Origin: a virus
Taxonomy: Duplodnaviria > Caudoviricetes
IMG/VR virus record: IMGVR_UViG_3300037493_003077
Span: 1 to 52,190 of that record
Direction: 5' to 3' (one strand)
Length of the DNA: 52,190 nt
Notes under the pieces: model-generated
Told to the model about the DNA's origin: nothing
What the model saw: only the letters and a program-made list of their open reading frames with translations
Database searches by the model: none
Shown: positions 38,496 through 49,212 of the stretch, one piece after another
How the letters are laid out: each line of letters starts with the position of its first letter
Numbering within the stretch: position 1 is the first letter of the stretch
Position numbers and translations under genes: made by a program

Positions 38496-39710
38496 TTATT
38501 TGACTTTTTGTTTCTTTCGTTCCTTAAATTTTTGGGATTTAATTTCAGGAACTGGTTGTGTTTTTTGTATGTGTGCTTCGTATTGTTTTCGTTGTTGATC
38601 TATTTGTTCAAGAATTGTTTTATATTGATTATAATTTTGTTGAACTCTATCAATTTCACCCTTTGGTAGTCTATTTTCTTCCAATAGTTTCTTACATGCA
38701 AGAAATCCGAGTTCTGGTCTACCAGCAGCGAATGCTGTTGCTCCCAGTTCATCTAATGCCACAAAGTTATAAATGGCATCAGGAACAAATAGAATCTCAC
38801 CTTGAGGTAGTGGCATTTCTGCTGCCATTCGTGCAAATACAAATGCGGCAGCTGGTTGATTATACTTTTGACGAAGAACCTGAGAAATATGAACTAATGG
38901 TTCAGAACGAATTGGACGGTAATTATATGCATCAAGGAATGATGCTTGAATCTCAGGCCACGGTCTATCCATCATTGCGCGACATACAGCAACCCGATAA
39001 AGTGCGTAATAAACTTCCTCTGCCCATCCACCCATTTCAGCACGCTTCTTATACGCTGCCTCAGACTTTTCCCATTGCTGAGAATCAAAATACGATTGTG
39101 CAAGATAGAATTGATACCTAGTGTTGGTTGGTTCATCCACCATTGCAATTTCAAGCATATCGGCATCTCTCTTGTATTTTTCTACTGGAGTAATTCCAAC
39201 ATTTCTTGCACCAAGAGTTCGTGCATTCAGATTATACTTACCTTCAATCTTTGTAAGCATTGGTTGTTCTTTAGCACATGCTGGATATTCGTGAAGAACA
39301 CCTTTGTATTCCCACTTGGCATCCATTCGGAAAATTTGAGTTCTCCACCAAGAGAAATCTTCGCGACCCATGCGAATCACATATCCATCTGCGGTCATTT
39401 CTGGTGGAAATTTAAAATCACCTTCTATGCAGTCATCCGCATCAATCATCCAGATATAATCACACTTACCATCACAATGGCGAAGTGCCTGAGTTCTATT
39501 GTGACCAAAGTTCTTCCACTCATCTTGATGAATCTCACCAGGAATTCCTTTTTCTGCAAAGAAATTCTTAATGATATCCTGAGTCCCATCGGTGGATCCA
39601 GTATCGGAAACAATCCAGTAATCAATGTACTTGTAAATAGAATTCAAACACTCATGAATAATATGAGATTCATTCTTAACGATCATAGATAGTGCAATTT
39701 TTGGTTTCAT
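38496..39710 (-). CDS. GT2 glycosyltransferase with TPR-like helical C-terminus
   Basis: SMIVKNE, DTGSTDGT, NFGHNR, IDADD, YKGVLHEY; FYLAQSY..AY..R TPR-like repeats. Confidence 0.9.
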   Translation of the reverse strand: MKPKIALSMIVKNESHIIHECLNSIYKYIDYWIVSDTGSTDGTQDIIKNFFAEKGIPGEIHQDEWKNFGHNRTQALRHCDGKCDYIWMIDADDCIEGDFKFPPEMTADGYVIRMGREDFSWWRTQIFRMDAKWEYKGVLHEYPACAKEQPMLTKIEGKYNLNARTLGARNVGITPVEKYKRDADMLEIAMVDEPTNTRYQFYLAQSYFDSQQWEKSEAAYKKRAEMGGWAEEVYYALYRVAVCRAMMDRPWPEIQASFLDAYNYRPIRSEPLVHISQVLRQKYNQPAAAFVFARMAAEMPLPQGEILFVPDAIYNFVALDELGATAFAAGRPELGFLACKKLLEENRLPKGEIDRVQQNYNQYKTILEQIDQQRKQYEAHIQKTQPVPEIKSQKFKERKKQKVK

Positions 39711-39725
39711 AATTAATACAATTCT

Positions 39726-42299
39726 TTAGATATTATAATTGGAACTTTCCAACTCTTTGATATTTATAAAGACTACATCTTTGTTTATAAGATCTTGATT
39801 ATTTGCCTTGATATATTCAAAGAAATTCCATGCTAGAACAACAACTGCCTTTGGAATATTATTAAGAAAATAATCTTTACTTCGGATTGGAATATTTACG
39901 CATGGAATGAACTTTCCTTTTTTGAGCAGATTATCGTCTACCGTATAATCCAATTTATTTGAATTAATTCCATAATAATTTAAGGATGTAGTTGCTTTTG
40001 CTGGAGCTCCATATCCACAGATAACATCATATTTTTCCTTCAATTTGGAAAAATTTGACAGGACATTTTGTTTGACTTCTCGCACACGAATACCAAAATT
40101 GGTATAGGTGTGAAGGTTAGTAAGTCCAAAAATAAGTTCATCTTGTAAGAATTGATTGACACTGGCATCAATATTATTTCCGAGATTCTTCACATAAACT
40201 CGGATTGACCCACCATGTGTATTGATGTGTTCTATTTTCACTACAGACAAGTTTAGATTATTGAAGAAATTATTAATGGATGTAACACTCCAATAATTCG
40301 TATGCTCATGATAAATGTTATCAAAAGTCATATCCTTTATGGTGTCAAGTAAATACTGAACTTCAACGATAAAAGTTCCATCTGTTTCCAAAATCTCAAA
40401 TGCTCCATTTGCTATTTCGGCAAGATTATCCGAGTGAGCAAAAACATTTGATGCTGTTACCAACTTTGCCTTGCCATAATTTTTGACAATTTTCTTTGCA
40501 GTCTTCATGTCAAAGTAGTTGTTTATGGTCTTGATCTTATTCTTGTTAGCAAGTTTAGCAATATTCTTTGCTGGTTCAACACCAACAACATTGACACCTT
40601 TATCCATAAGTGGTTTCAAAGCAATACCATCATTGCTTCCAATATCAACAACTAAAGTGGTAGAGTCCAATCCAAGTTCATTGATATATTTGTCAGCAAC
40701 ATCTTCAAAGTGCTTTCTAAAAATAGCAGCAGTAGATGAAACATAAAGATAATTATCAAACATCTTCCCTGGCGGAACAACTACAGAAAGTTGACAATTA
40801 TGACACTTGGGGCAATAATTCATCTCAAGTGGATATGTTTCAGACTTAGCATCAACAGAATCTGTAAGATTATTTGCGAGTGGTGAAGCACCAAGAGAAA
40901 CAACGCGCTCAAGATGCTTGTTATTGCAACATCTACAGGTTGTCTTGTAAGTAGAGAGTAGTTTATCTCGCATCTCATCATCTACCAACTTATACGGAAT
41001 AGTATGAGTGACACCATAATTTTCATGCTCGCGCTCTCCACAAACCAAATTCAAGAAAACAGAGTCTTCCGTGAATACCATTGTGTGTGCTACATTTGGT
41101 TTGATGATTGCAATATCACCTTCATTGATGACTCGGGTTTCAATTTGAGCATTTGCAACTGAAAGATCCTTAATGACACTAATATATTGACCCTTAACCA
41201 ATAGACATTTTTGTTCTTGAATTGGGTGATAATGATTGGCACGAACAGTACCCTTCTTAGATTCAATATATCCAATAAGATTAATTGGTTCAGTTAGTTC
41301 GTAATTGTTGATTCTTCCACGGGAATCTACAAATTCCTTTCCACCACGATCAATGTATTCAAGAGCAGGATTAATATTCTTGACAGACCAATTCGTAATC
41401 ATTTCCTTCAAACACTCTTTAATATTATAACAGAATTGGAATCCTGTACTAAGAAGTTTAGTATTAGAAATGGTATAACCAAGATTTGGAATTTCATCTT
41501 GTGTTTCAATAAGTGTCAATTTTGGATTGATTTCCTTACACATTTCAGCAACTTGTTTGACTGTCATGTTTTCTTTGGCAAGATGAAAAATTTCTCGTTG
41601 AATATCATTCTTCTCTGCCATGAACTTCATGCAACGAGCAACATCAAACAGTGGAACAAGACTCTTAAGTTGCACCCCACCTGAGAACAATTTAATTGTT
41701 CCGTTCTGAGATGCAATCTTTGAGAATAGATTTGGCATAATCCCCATACGCATGGTATCAGTTGAATATCCATACACTGATCCAAGACGAAGAATAACAT
41801 AATTTAGATCTGATGCATATAGATCAATTTCAGATTGAACTTTTCCAACAGAATAGGTAAGAACAGCACACGGTGGTTCTGTTTCCAAAATATCAGTTTT
41901 AGTTTCAGCAAATCCTTCATAAACAACATGGGTTGATGGAAAAATAATCTTGCAATCTTTTCGGACATACTTGATTATATTGCGTGTGCCTTCAATTCCT
42001 GTAACACGAATTTCATTATCTTGTACTTCGTTTGATCCAGTCTTAGTGTATGCAACATCAGTAACTCCAGCGAGATGAATGACAATGTCTGCATCACCGA
42101 GTATTTCTGAAATTACTTTTTCGTCTAAAATAGATGCTTGAACGAAATTGATTCCCCAATCCCTGAGTTGTTTGACTCGCTCAGAAACAAATCGCGAATC
42201 AACGACTGTTATATTATTAAACCTTGCTTCTCCAGAATATAATTTGCAAAGTTCTGATCCAATATAACCAAGACCACCAGTAATCACTATTTTTTTCAT
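39726..42299 (-). CDS. Fusion: NAD-dependent epimerase/dehydratase, cupin, NDP-sugar C-methyltransferase
   Basis: ITGGLGYIG and YSVGK; RANHYH..AHTM cupin; CRCC..CPKC zinc site, DIGSNDG, IYHEH, GYGAPAK. Confidence 0.88.
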   Translation of the reverse strand: MKKIVITGGLGYIGSELCKLYSGEARFNNITVVDSRFVSERVKQLRDWGINFVQASILDEKVISEILGDADIVIHLAGVTDVAYTKTGSNEVQDNEIRVTGIEGTRNIIKYVRKDCKIIFPSTHVVYEGFAETKTDILETEPPCAVLTYSVGKVQSEIDLYASDLNYVILRLGSVYGYSTDTMRMGIMPNLFSKIASQNGTIKLFSGGVQLKSLVPLFDVARCMKFMAEKNDIQREIFHLAKENMTVKQVAEMCKEINPKLTLIETQDEIPNLGYTISNTKLLSTGFQFCYNIKECLKEMITNWSVKNINPALEYIDRGGKEFVDSRGRINNYELTEPINLIGYIESKKGTVRANHYHPIQEQKCLLVKGQYISVIKDLSVANAQIETRVINEGDIAIIKPNVAHTMVFTEDSVFLNLVCGEREHENYGVTHTIPYKLVDDEMRDKLLSTYKTTCRCCNNKHLERVVSLGASPLANNLTDSVDAKSETYPLEMNYCPKCHNCQLSVVVPPGKMFDNYLYVSSTAAIFRKHFEDVADKYINELGLDSTTLVVDIGSNDGIALKPLMDKGVNVVGVEPAKNIAKLANKNKIKTINNYFDMKTAKKIVKNYGKAKLVTASNVFAHSDNLAEIANGAFEILETDGTFIVEVQYLLDTIKDMTFDNIYHEHTNYWSVTSINNFFNNLNLSVVKIEHINTHGGSIRVYVKNLGNNIDASVNQFLQDELIFGLTNLHTYTNFGIRVREVKQNVLSNFSKLKEKYDVICGYGAPAKATTSLNYYGINSNKLDYTVDDNLLKKGKFIPCVNIPIRSKDYFLNNIPKAVVVLAWNFFEYIKANNQDLINKDVVFINIKELESSNYNI

Positions 42300-42344
42300 A
42301 ATATTTAATTCCAATTGTTAACCAATGTTACTAACATTGTATTA

Positions 42345-43073
42345 TTATATATTTGTCCAATCTACGCCAGTAGGCAGAAGTGTTGTATGTCCAGAATAAC
42401 TTGGAATTGGACTATATAATTCTCGTCCCGTTCCTATTATTTCATTAAACATATCAAAATCTCTACCTCTTTCAGTTCCGAAAGGTTCTGTCCATTTCCT
42501 TAATATTTCAAAATCCTCACGGAGAACCTTTGTAGTACATGCAAATGTGAAGCAGGTTGTCGGCACAGTTCTCCACCAACCAGATTGTAAATAATGAATT
42601 TTGCTTTTTATATTCATATTATCTTGAAGATCGCAATAATTTCTATATGTTCGTGTGTTTGTATCCCAATGAAATGGGTAATACTTATCAGGATGATCAT
42701 AAAGAGTAACATATTGATCTTTAGCAAAAGATGAGAAAATCTCAATCAATGCTTCCTTTGATCCTTTTCTATGTAGATAGTCGCTCTCCACAAAATAATT
42801 GATAACATCATCATCATTGTTATATGCTATTTGCCAAACTTTAAAGAATCCTATAGAATTACCATCATTGGTAATTTTATAATTAAATTTATGTTTATTA
42901 CAAATCTCAATAACTTCAGATACTGTAGCATCTGATGAATTATCAATAAAAACGGTACACTCATCAGAGATTGGATTGAAGTTTTTTATAAAATTTTCAA
43001 AACAAATCTTCCATGTATATCCCCACCCCATTCTCGCCTTATCACATAATCTATAATAGCATTTGATTTTCAT
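42345..43073 (-). CDS. Putative GT-A fold glycosyltransferase
   Basis: YFVESDYLH, VTLYDHPDKY, LYSPIPSYS. Confidence 0.65.
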   Translation of the reverse strand: MKIKCYYRLCDKARMGWGYTWKICFENFIKNFNPISDECTVFIDNSSDATVSEVIEICNKHKFNYKITNDGNSIGFFKVWQIAYNNDDDVINYFVESDYLHRKGSKEALIEIFSSFAKDQYVTLYDHPDKYYPFHWDTNTRTYRNYCDLQDNMNIKSKIHYLQSGWWRTVPTTCFTFACTTKVLREDFEILRKWTEPFGTERGRDFDMFNEIIGTGRELYSPIPSYSGHTTLLPTGVDWTNI

Positions 43074-43077
43074 TTAA

Positions 43078-43242
43078 TTACCATCCTATAAATTTATCTT
43101 TTGTTTCCAATTTAAATTTTACATTTAAATTCAAATTGTATTTTTTAATTAAGTTTTTATTGTTGAAAGTTTTTGAATAAGTCGGAATAGACATAAATGG
43201 TACATTATTGTCATATGCAATAAGAAAGTACAGTTTACGCAT
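43078..43242 (-). CDS. Small ORF of 54 aa, absent from the ORF track (MRKLYFLIAYDNN...DKFIGW)
   Basis: Translated by hand; ATG overlaps the upstream stop and the ORF fills the gap to the next gene. Confidence 0.45.
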   Translation of the reverse strand: MRKLYFLIAYDNNVPFMSIPTYSKTFNNKNLIKKYNLNLNVKFKLETKDKFIGW

Positions 43243-44242
43243 AAAATCTATCTCTCATATCCAAATCTGCTGTTGACATCACTGTGTTTAGTTTTGTTTG
43301 CTTCAATATCCATGCATATGTCTTTTCCATACCAGAGCGAAGTGATTGACTAGGAACCCAACCAATTTTACTCTTATAGAGTTTATTATCTGAGTTTCTT
43401 CCACGAACACCAACTGGACCAGAGATGTTATTAATAAGTAGATTCTTTCCTGCAATCTCTATTGCCATTCTAGCAAGATCATTGATTTTAATCATCTCTT
43501 CTGATCCAATATTAACGGGACCAATGAACTCAGAATTCATTAATCTACAGGTAGCTTCAACACATTCATCGATATACAAAAAGGAACGAGTCTGTTGACC
43601 ATCTCCCCATACTTCAATATATGAATCAGATGATTCTGCTACCTTTCTACACATGGCAGCAGGTGCTTTCTCCTTGCCACCTTTCCAAGTCCCCTCTGGT
43701 CCGAATATATTGTGATATCGAGCAATACGAACATCTAGACCGTGGTTTCGGTTGAAGGCGAGGTAGAGTCTTTCGCTAAAGAGTTTCTCCCATCCATATT
43801 CACTGTCTGGTGCAGCAGGGTACGCAGAGTCTTCAGAGCACTTTGGATTATCTGGATCTTCTTGGTTGTAGGCAGGGTACATACACGCAGAAGATGAGTA
43901 GAACACCTTACCAACCTTTGTGTTATGACAACGCTCTACTACATTAAGATTGATGAGAGCAGAGTTATGCATGATGTCTGCATCATGTTCACCCGTGAAG
44001 ATGTATCCCGCTCCACCCATGTCAGCCGCCATTTGATATACCTCATCAAATTGGAGGTCGAATGCGTTATCGCACACAACTTGGTTTCGTAGATCTCCAA
44101 TGATAAAATCATCTGCTGGAGACTTTGAGAATTCTGGGTATTTTAGATCTACAACACGAACCCAATGACCATCTTTCTTGAATTTCTTTACAAGATGAGA
44201 ACCAATAAATCCACCCCCACCAAGTACTAAAATCTTTTTCAT
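43235..44242 (-). CDS. GDP-mannose 3',5'-epimerase-like SDR
   Basis: GGGGFIG, AADMGGAGYI, SSACMYP, YGWEK, KEKAPAAMCRK, GVRGRNSDN. Confidence 0.88.
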   Translation of the reverse strand: MKKILVLGGGGFIGSHLVKKFKKDGHWVRVVDLKYPEFSKSPADDFIIGDLRNQVVCDNAFDLQFDEVYQMAADMGGAGYIFTGEHDADIMHNSALINLNVVERCHNTKVGKVFYSSSACMYPAYNQEDPDNPKCSEDSAYPAAPDSEYGWEKLFSERLYLAFNRNHGLDVRIARYHNIFGPEGTWKGGKEKAPAAMCRKVAESSDSYIEVWGDGQQTRSFLYIDECVEATCRLMNSEFIGPVNIGSEEMIKINDLARMAIEIAGKNLLINNISGPVGVRGRNSDNKLYKSKIGWVPSQSLRSGMEKTYAWILKQTKLNTVMSTADLDMRDRFYA

Positions 44243-45030
44243 CGTATATAATCCTTAAATTTTTCAATGTTCTGTTGTACATACACTGGTAGAGTATTTA
44301 TATGATCCACAACCAAGTTAATTCCTTCATTGGTTCTCCCAAGAACATCAGTTAAATTTTCTCTATACATTTTCAATGAATCAAGCGTGATGTAATCAAA
44401 TTCAGTATGAGCATAGTTATCTATTATGTTTTTCATGTTTTCCGCAGATCCAATGCACGAAAAATGCCATCCTCCATTTACTATGCTTGGATACTGACTA
44501 TTGGTTAAAGATGACTTAAACTGTTGAGTGCCAATTTTATCAATTGTGGATTTAGTTGCTATTCCAGCATGACTCCACCTAATCCCACATGCTCTAGTAT
44601 TTAAATACCAATAATAAAGATTTTGCGCAAATGTATAAGATCCTCCATCCCATTTTTCTTTTACTTCTTTAAGTTTTTGACATGAAATAATTTCATCCAC
44701 ATCTGCAATTATGATTAAATCATTTTCGGATGCATCTACAATTCCTTTTGTTATCATTCGTCTTTGTAATTGATCATTATCATGAGCCCAATGTTTGGTA
44801 GTATGCGGTTTATAGAATTGATCTGCGCCAATCACAACATGTATTATTTTATCAAGAAATGGTTTAAATCTATCTTTATTTTCTTTAAAGTATAAATTTT
44901 TTTCTTTGTACTGATGTGTTAATTCTGCTTCAACCAAAACAAAATAATCAACTTCAGAATTTAGTTCATTTAATCTAATTTCAAGAATATCTAATTCATT
45001 ATAAAATTGAAAACAATCATAAACTTTCAT
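44239..45030 (-). CDS. GT17-like glycosyltransferase
   Basis: YDCFQFYNELDILEIRLNEL, ADVDEI, GGWHFS. Confidence 0.82.
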   Translation of the reverse strand: MKVYDCFQFYNELDILEIRLNELNSEVDYFVLVEAELTHQYKEKNLYFKENKDRFKPFLDKIIHVVIGADQFYKPHTTKHWAHDNDQLQRRMITKGIVDASENDLIIIADVDEIISCQKLKEVKEKWDGGSYTFAQNLYYWYLNTRACGIRWSHAGIATKSTIDKIGTQQFKSSLTNSQYPSIVNGGWHFSCIGSAENMKNIIDNYAHTEFDYITLDSLKMYRENLTDVLGRTNEGINLVVDHINTLPVYVQQNIEKFKDYIR

Positions 45031-45715
45031 AATCGTTCCATCTTTCAATTATTTTCGAAACCATAGGGATAAATAATCCACTATGAAATCCAAATGTAGT
45101 TTCTAGTTCCTGTTCTGTTACTAGCATACTTCCAAGAGCAAATTTCTTTGCAAATTCTCCTGTTGGGAAAATACAACCCATCTGTTCAAAATAATTTCTA
45201 AGAGATACACATATAATAATATCTTCACCCATTCCAGAATTGGTCATCTTAGAAATAAATTCTTTATTTAGATTTGCTCCTGCCTGTAATAGTTTTTTAC
45301 TTCTCAAGCAAAATCCACCGCATCCCACTTCATGTTTAGGTTCAATTACCCACGGAAAGTGTCCTGGTTTCATATGTATCCATGGACACCCTATGTAATC
45401 GTAATTGAAAAATTCATCAGTCCAGTTTGTTGGTTTACAAATATAACCATCTGTTTGTACAATTAAACAATAATCAGTATTTACATAAGAATTCAAGTCA
45501 GTGATACAAAAAGTATTATATTCTGGATATGACATGTTTTCAATATTATGAATTATAATTTTATCATTAGATTTTATGTTTTTATCTGATGTAATTAAAA
45601 TTACAGACCCAAACTGTATTTTGCGAGTACATATATCAATAACATCAAGAATTTTTTCAGTATCTTTGCCAGTACCATCTATTGTTACCAAAGTTATTTT
45701 TGATAATTCAATCAT
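45017..45715 (-). CDS. DUF5672-like putative glycosyltransferase
   Basis: VQTDG, YDYIGCPW, VGCGGFCLRSKKL, EDI, FGFH. Confidence 0.78.
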   Translation of the reverse strand: MIELSKITLVTIDGTGKDTEKILDVIDICTRKIQFGSVILITSDKNIKSNDKIIIHNIENMSYPEYNTFCITDLNSYVNTDYCLIVQTDGYICKPTNWTDEFFNYDYIGCPWIHMKPGHFPWVIEPKHEVGCGGFCLRSKKLLQAGANLNKEFISKMTNSGMGEDIIICVSLRNYFEQMGCIFPTGEFAKKFALGSMLVTEQELETTFGFHSGLFIPMVSKIIERWNDYESL

Positions 45716-46323
45716 CCATTATCTCTTTTCAAAACAGTAAGACCATTACAGTTTGTAAAAATTTCATGAATTTTCCATTGCGGATTTTCAATAATAAATT
45801 TTTCAATAGCAGTCCATATTCCATCACCCTCAAGGATGGGGGATCCAGTAGCCTCTCCTGGCTCATTTGTGAATCGGTAATTCACTGTGTCATGAAATAT
45901 TAAATACTTTCTTGCTTTATTGCCATGCAATTTTAATTCTGTTGTAATTTGATTATGCGTGTGTAAAGTGTCAATAAAAAGTAAATCGGTTTCTTCTATT
46001 TCTATCTTGGTGGTATCTCCTAGAATAAATTGATAATCAATATTATTTAAAGAACAATAATCTATTATGCCATTCATTCTATCTCCGCATTGATGACTGT
46101 CCCAGTGCAATGATTCTTGTGTAAGATTGCGCGGATCAACTATATCAATTGATATAAATTTCTTAGGTTTAGCGACAGCAAATGCAAAAGTTGATACAAC
46201 CCAACGGACTCCCAGTTCTATCACATGGTCGCATTCACTTGCATACCGTTTTAGTGTTGGTAGATGTTCATTTATGTCTGATGGCGAATTGCATAACGCA
46301 CTATAACATTGTTCAACATTCAT
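45712..46323 (-). CDS. Methyltransf_24-like SAM methyltransferase
   Basis: SDINEHLP, ELGVR, DLLFIDTLH, IFHDT, NGLTVL. Confidence 0.8.
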   Translation of the reverse strand: MNVEQCYSALCNSPSDINEHLPTLKRYASECDHVIELGVRWVVSTFAFAVAKPKKFISIDIVDPRNLTQESLHWDSHQCGDRMNGIIDYCSLNNIDYQFILGDTTKIEIEETDLLFIDTLHTHNQITTELKLHGNKARKYLIFHDTVNYRFTNEPGEATGSPILEGDGIWTAIEKFIIENPQWKIHEIFTNCNGLTVLKRDNG

Positions 46324-46324
46324 A

Positions 46325-46990
46325 TTAAATTTCCTTTATTAAGAAGCACCCGCATGGGAGTTTGCCTAGATCTGCTTCAAACACATTTAATTTTTTATTT
46401 GTTATTGGTTCATATAAATGTGTATGCCCTTTTTCTTTAAAGAAATGCCGTATAGCGGCATGAGCCTCTTGCAAGCATGAATCATCAAATATAATATATC
46501 CACCAATAGAGACTTTATCATACAATCCATACAATACATCGAGTGTTGCACTAAATGCATCAACATCAATTCTTAATAATGAAATTTGTTTAATTCTGCA
46601 TGTTTCTAAGTTTAATGTGTCTTTAACAAATCCTTTTAAAAACTGAATTCTAGGTTCATCCAAAGCATCAAACATTTTAAAATTATGTCTTACTGTTTCT
46701 AAATCTATTGCATAGCTACCCGCACCGTGCCTCTCCCTTTCATAATAATATGTACTTGTTTGTCTATCTTCTATTCCCTCATATGAGTCGCATACCCATA
46801 TATTCTTATCATGAAAAATCTTGCTCAAAAATATGCTCATACCCCCAAGCCATACTCCACATTCAACAACATCACCATCTATTTTTTCTATATGTTCTTT
46901 GTGTTCTATAATCATATCAAATCTTTCCTCACTAACCATCGTAATTTGATTGTTGATTATCATATTTTTTAAAGTAACTATTTCTTTCAT
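46325..46990 (-). CDS. TylF/MycF/NovP-family sugar O-methyltransferase
   Basis: GDVVECGVWLGG, DSYEG, KGFVKDTL, LRIDVD, GGYIIFDD. Confidence 0.85.
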   Translation of the reverse strand: MKEIVTLKNMIINNQITMVSEERFDMIIEHKEHIEKIDGDVVECGVWLGGMSIFLSKIFHDKNIWVCDSYEGIEDRQTSTYYYERERHGAGSYAIDLETVRHNFKMFDALDEPRIQFLKGFVKDTLNLETCRIKQISLLRIDVDAFSATLDVLYGLYDKVSIGGYIIFDDSCLQEAHAAIRHFFKEKGHTHLYEPITNKKLNVFEADLGKLPCGCFLIKEI

Positions 46991-46991
46991 T

Positions 46992-47516
46992 TTATTCTCC
47001 AATAATTGCCCAACTATAATCAGAAAAAACTTTAATTTTTTCAATATTAAATAAACTATTTACTGCTTGACTTACTTCAAATAATGTTGGACTATCTGGT
47101 ATATAATCATGTCCAGACATTATTCCAGTTTTTTTTAATTTTGGAAGACTAACATTTATATCATGTACTACAGAATGAAAAGAATGATCTGCGTCAATAT
47201 AAATAAAATCATAATAATCATCAATTAAATTTGGAACTATTTGAGAAATACTTCCTTGTTTAAAATTAATGTTTTTATGAAAATTTAAAATATTTTTCAT
47301 TTTTTCTGTTAAAATTATATCAACAGTATCAACAACATCAGCATAGTATGCAAATAAAGATGTGCTAACTCCATCATTACAACCTAATTCTAGAACTTTA
47401 TGATTTTTGTTCATTTTAAAAAATAAACAAAGTTCATCTAATCCTTCTATATAATTAACTCCACCAGCATCTCCCATTCCATGCATTCTTTCTTGTTTTA
47501 AATTTGGTTTATTCAT
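46992..47516 (-). CDS. Methyltransf_24-like SAM methyltransferase
   Basis: LELGCNDGVST, DFIYIDADH, GIMSGHDY. Confidence 0.82.
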   Translation of the reverse strand: MNKPNLKQERMHGMGDAGGVNYIEGLDELCLFFKMNKNHKVLELGCNDGVSTSLFAYYADVVDTVDIILTEKMKNILNFHKNINFKQGSISQIVPNLIDDYYDFIYIDADHSFHSVVHDINVSLPKLKKTGIMSGHDYIPDSPTLFEVSQAVNSLFNIEKIKVFSDYSWAIIGE

Positions 47517-47518
47517 TT

Positions 47519-48514
47519 TTATTTTATTCTCCAATAATTGTATATACCAATGTCAAGTTCGTATTTAGTCCACAATTTTCTCTCTCGCATTGGTTGGGTC
47601 TTTGCCCATTCCCACATAGAGGTGAGTCCATCTTTTAAAGATGTGACTTGTTTGTATCCAAGAACATCTTTGATCTTATCATGAGTTACCCACGCATCCT
47701 TAACTTCGTGGCGTTGTTCAAGATGAACTTTGTCGCCACATCCTATCACATCTATTAATAGATTGCAAACATTATTTATAGTAATATGATCATCTCCCCC
47801 AATATTAAATATCTGTTTTGATGCTCTATCGTCTGTAGCACCCATCCAAAAATAAGGAACACAATCATCTACATAACTGAACGCTCTCGTTTGTTCCCCA
47901 TCACCATAAATGGTCATTGGTAGTTTATTTAGATGTAAATACATCCAAATTCCTAGAACATTTCTATACTTATCCCAGATGTTTTGCTTTACACCATATA
48001 CATTGTGGGGTCTAAATATACACCAATCAAGCCCATGTTGTTCTCCTGCAACATGAAGATCCATCTCACATGCATACTTTGCAATACCATATGGGTCTAT
48101 TGGTGCTTGCTGGTGTGATTCCTTGAACGGAACTTCACCATTACCATAAACTGCCATGGTTGATGTAAATACAAATCTTTTGATGTTGTATTTGATACTA
48201 AGATTAATTAACTTTGTAGTTGCAATGAGATTGTTTTCGTAGTTATACTGCCTAATGAAAGGACTCAACCCTTCAGCAGCATATGCGGCAAAATGAAAGA
48301 CATAATCAAATTTATGTTCCTTGAAAAGATATTCAAGTCTTTTGCTATTGCTTGTAAGATCGTAATTATAAAAAACAACTTTGGGATTTACATTTTGAAT
48401 GTATCCCCCTGAGAGATTATCAACACCATACACTGTTGCCTTATCGTTATCAATCAACCAATCAGCAAGACGAGAACCCAAAAGACCAGCAACACCAGTA
48501 ATTAAAACTTTCAT
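47519..48514 (-). CDS. NAD-dependent sugar-nucleotide epimerase/dehydratase
   Basis: ITGVAGLLG, HFAAYAAE, YGIAK, GDGEQTRAF. Confidence 0.9.
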   Translation of the reverse strand: MKVLITGVAGLLGSRLADWLIDNDKATVYGVDNLSGGYIQNVNPKVVFYNYDLTSNSKRLEYLFKEHKFDYVFHFAAYAAEGLSPFIRQYNYENNLIATTKLINLSIKYNIKRFVFTSTMAVYGNGEVPFKESHQQAPIDPYGIAKYACEMDLHVAGEQHGLDWCIFRPHNVYGVKQNIWDKYRNVLGIWMYLHLNKLPMTIYGDGEQTRAFSYVDDCVPYFWMGATDDRASKQIFNIGGDDHITINNVCNLLIDVIGCGDKVHLEQRHEVKDAWVTHDKIKDVLGYKQVTSLKDGLTSMWEWAKTQPMRERKLWTKYELDIGIYNYWRIK

Positions 48515-49212
48515 ATATTCTCCAATAATTTTACTTTGTTTGGATGAGTTTCGTCACAATGAAACCCAAAACTATCGTCCGATGATAACATAAGATCATC
48601 TACTAATGTACTTTCACATGAAAAGTTTGCTGCTGTTATTGTGTCAGGGAACTTACATCCAAAAGTCTCTAACTGTTTTCTCATGCAAATAGAAATTACT
48701 ACATCTTCTGGAATATTTTCATACTCTTTATTATACATGTTTTTAACTACATTGAGTAGTTTTTTTGATCTCATACTAAACCCACCATTTCCTACTGTAT
48801 ATTTACACATAGACTCTTTCAATCTTTGATGTGCTAAAGACCATCTTTGAGTATTAATGTATAGCATATTAGAAGACCAAGGTGCTCCAATATAATCATA
48901 ATTAAAAAACTTAAAAGACCAATGATTTTTATTGACAATAAATCCATCATTTTGGACGATGATTATATACTCTGTATCAATGTAATCTACAATATTATTA
49001 AGTGTGAAGTATTGACATTCATCCCAAGACATTTTATCAATTTTTATAGTCTTTCCGATGGTAATATCATGATTAGAACATGAGAATACTTTTATATCAC
49101 CAAAAGTTATATCCTTGCTAGAATATTTCAAAGCCTTTATCAGGCGTGTATCGTCGCCGACACCATCAATCCCAACTAATGTAACATTTGATAGGTTAAG
49201 AATATTTGGCAT
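48511..49212 (-). CDS. DUF5672-like putative glycosyltransferase (paralog of 45017..45715)
   Basis: VQNDG, YDYIGAPW, VGNGGFSMRSKKL, EDV, FGFH. Confidence 0.8.
   Translation of the reverse strand: MPNILNLSNVTLVGIDGVGDDTRLIKALKYSSKDITFGDIKVFSCSNHDITIGKTIKIDKMSWDECQYFTLNNIVDYIDTEYIIIVQNDGFIVNKNHWSFKFFNYDYIGAPWSSNMLYINTQRWSLAHQRLKESMCKYTVGNGGFSMRSKKLLNVVKNMYNKEYENIPEDVVISICMRKQLETFGCKFPDTITAANFSCESTLVDDLMLSSDDSFGFHCDETHPNKVKLLENI

Noticed and set aside
38558-39692. Plus-strand ORFs of 187 and 248 aa
   Set aside because: Antisense to a well-supported glycosyltransferase and lacking recognisable motifs
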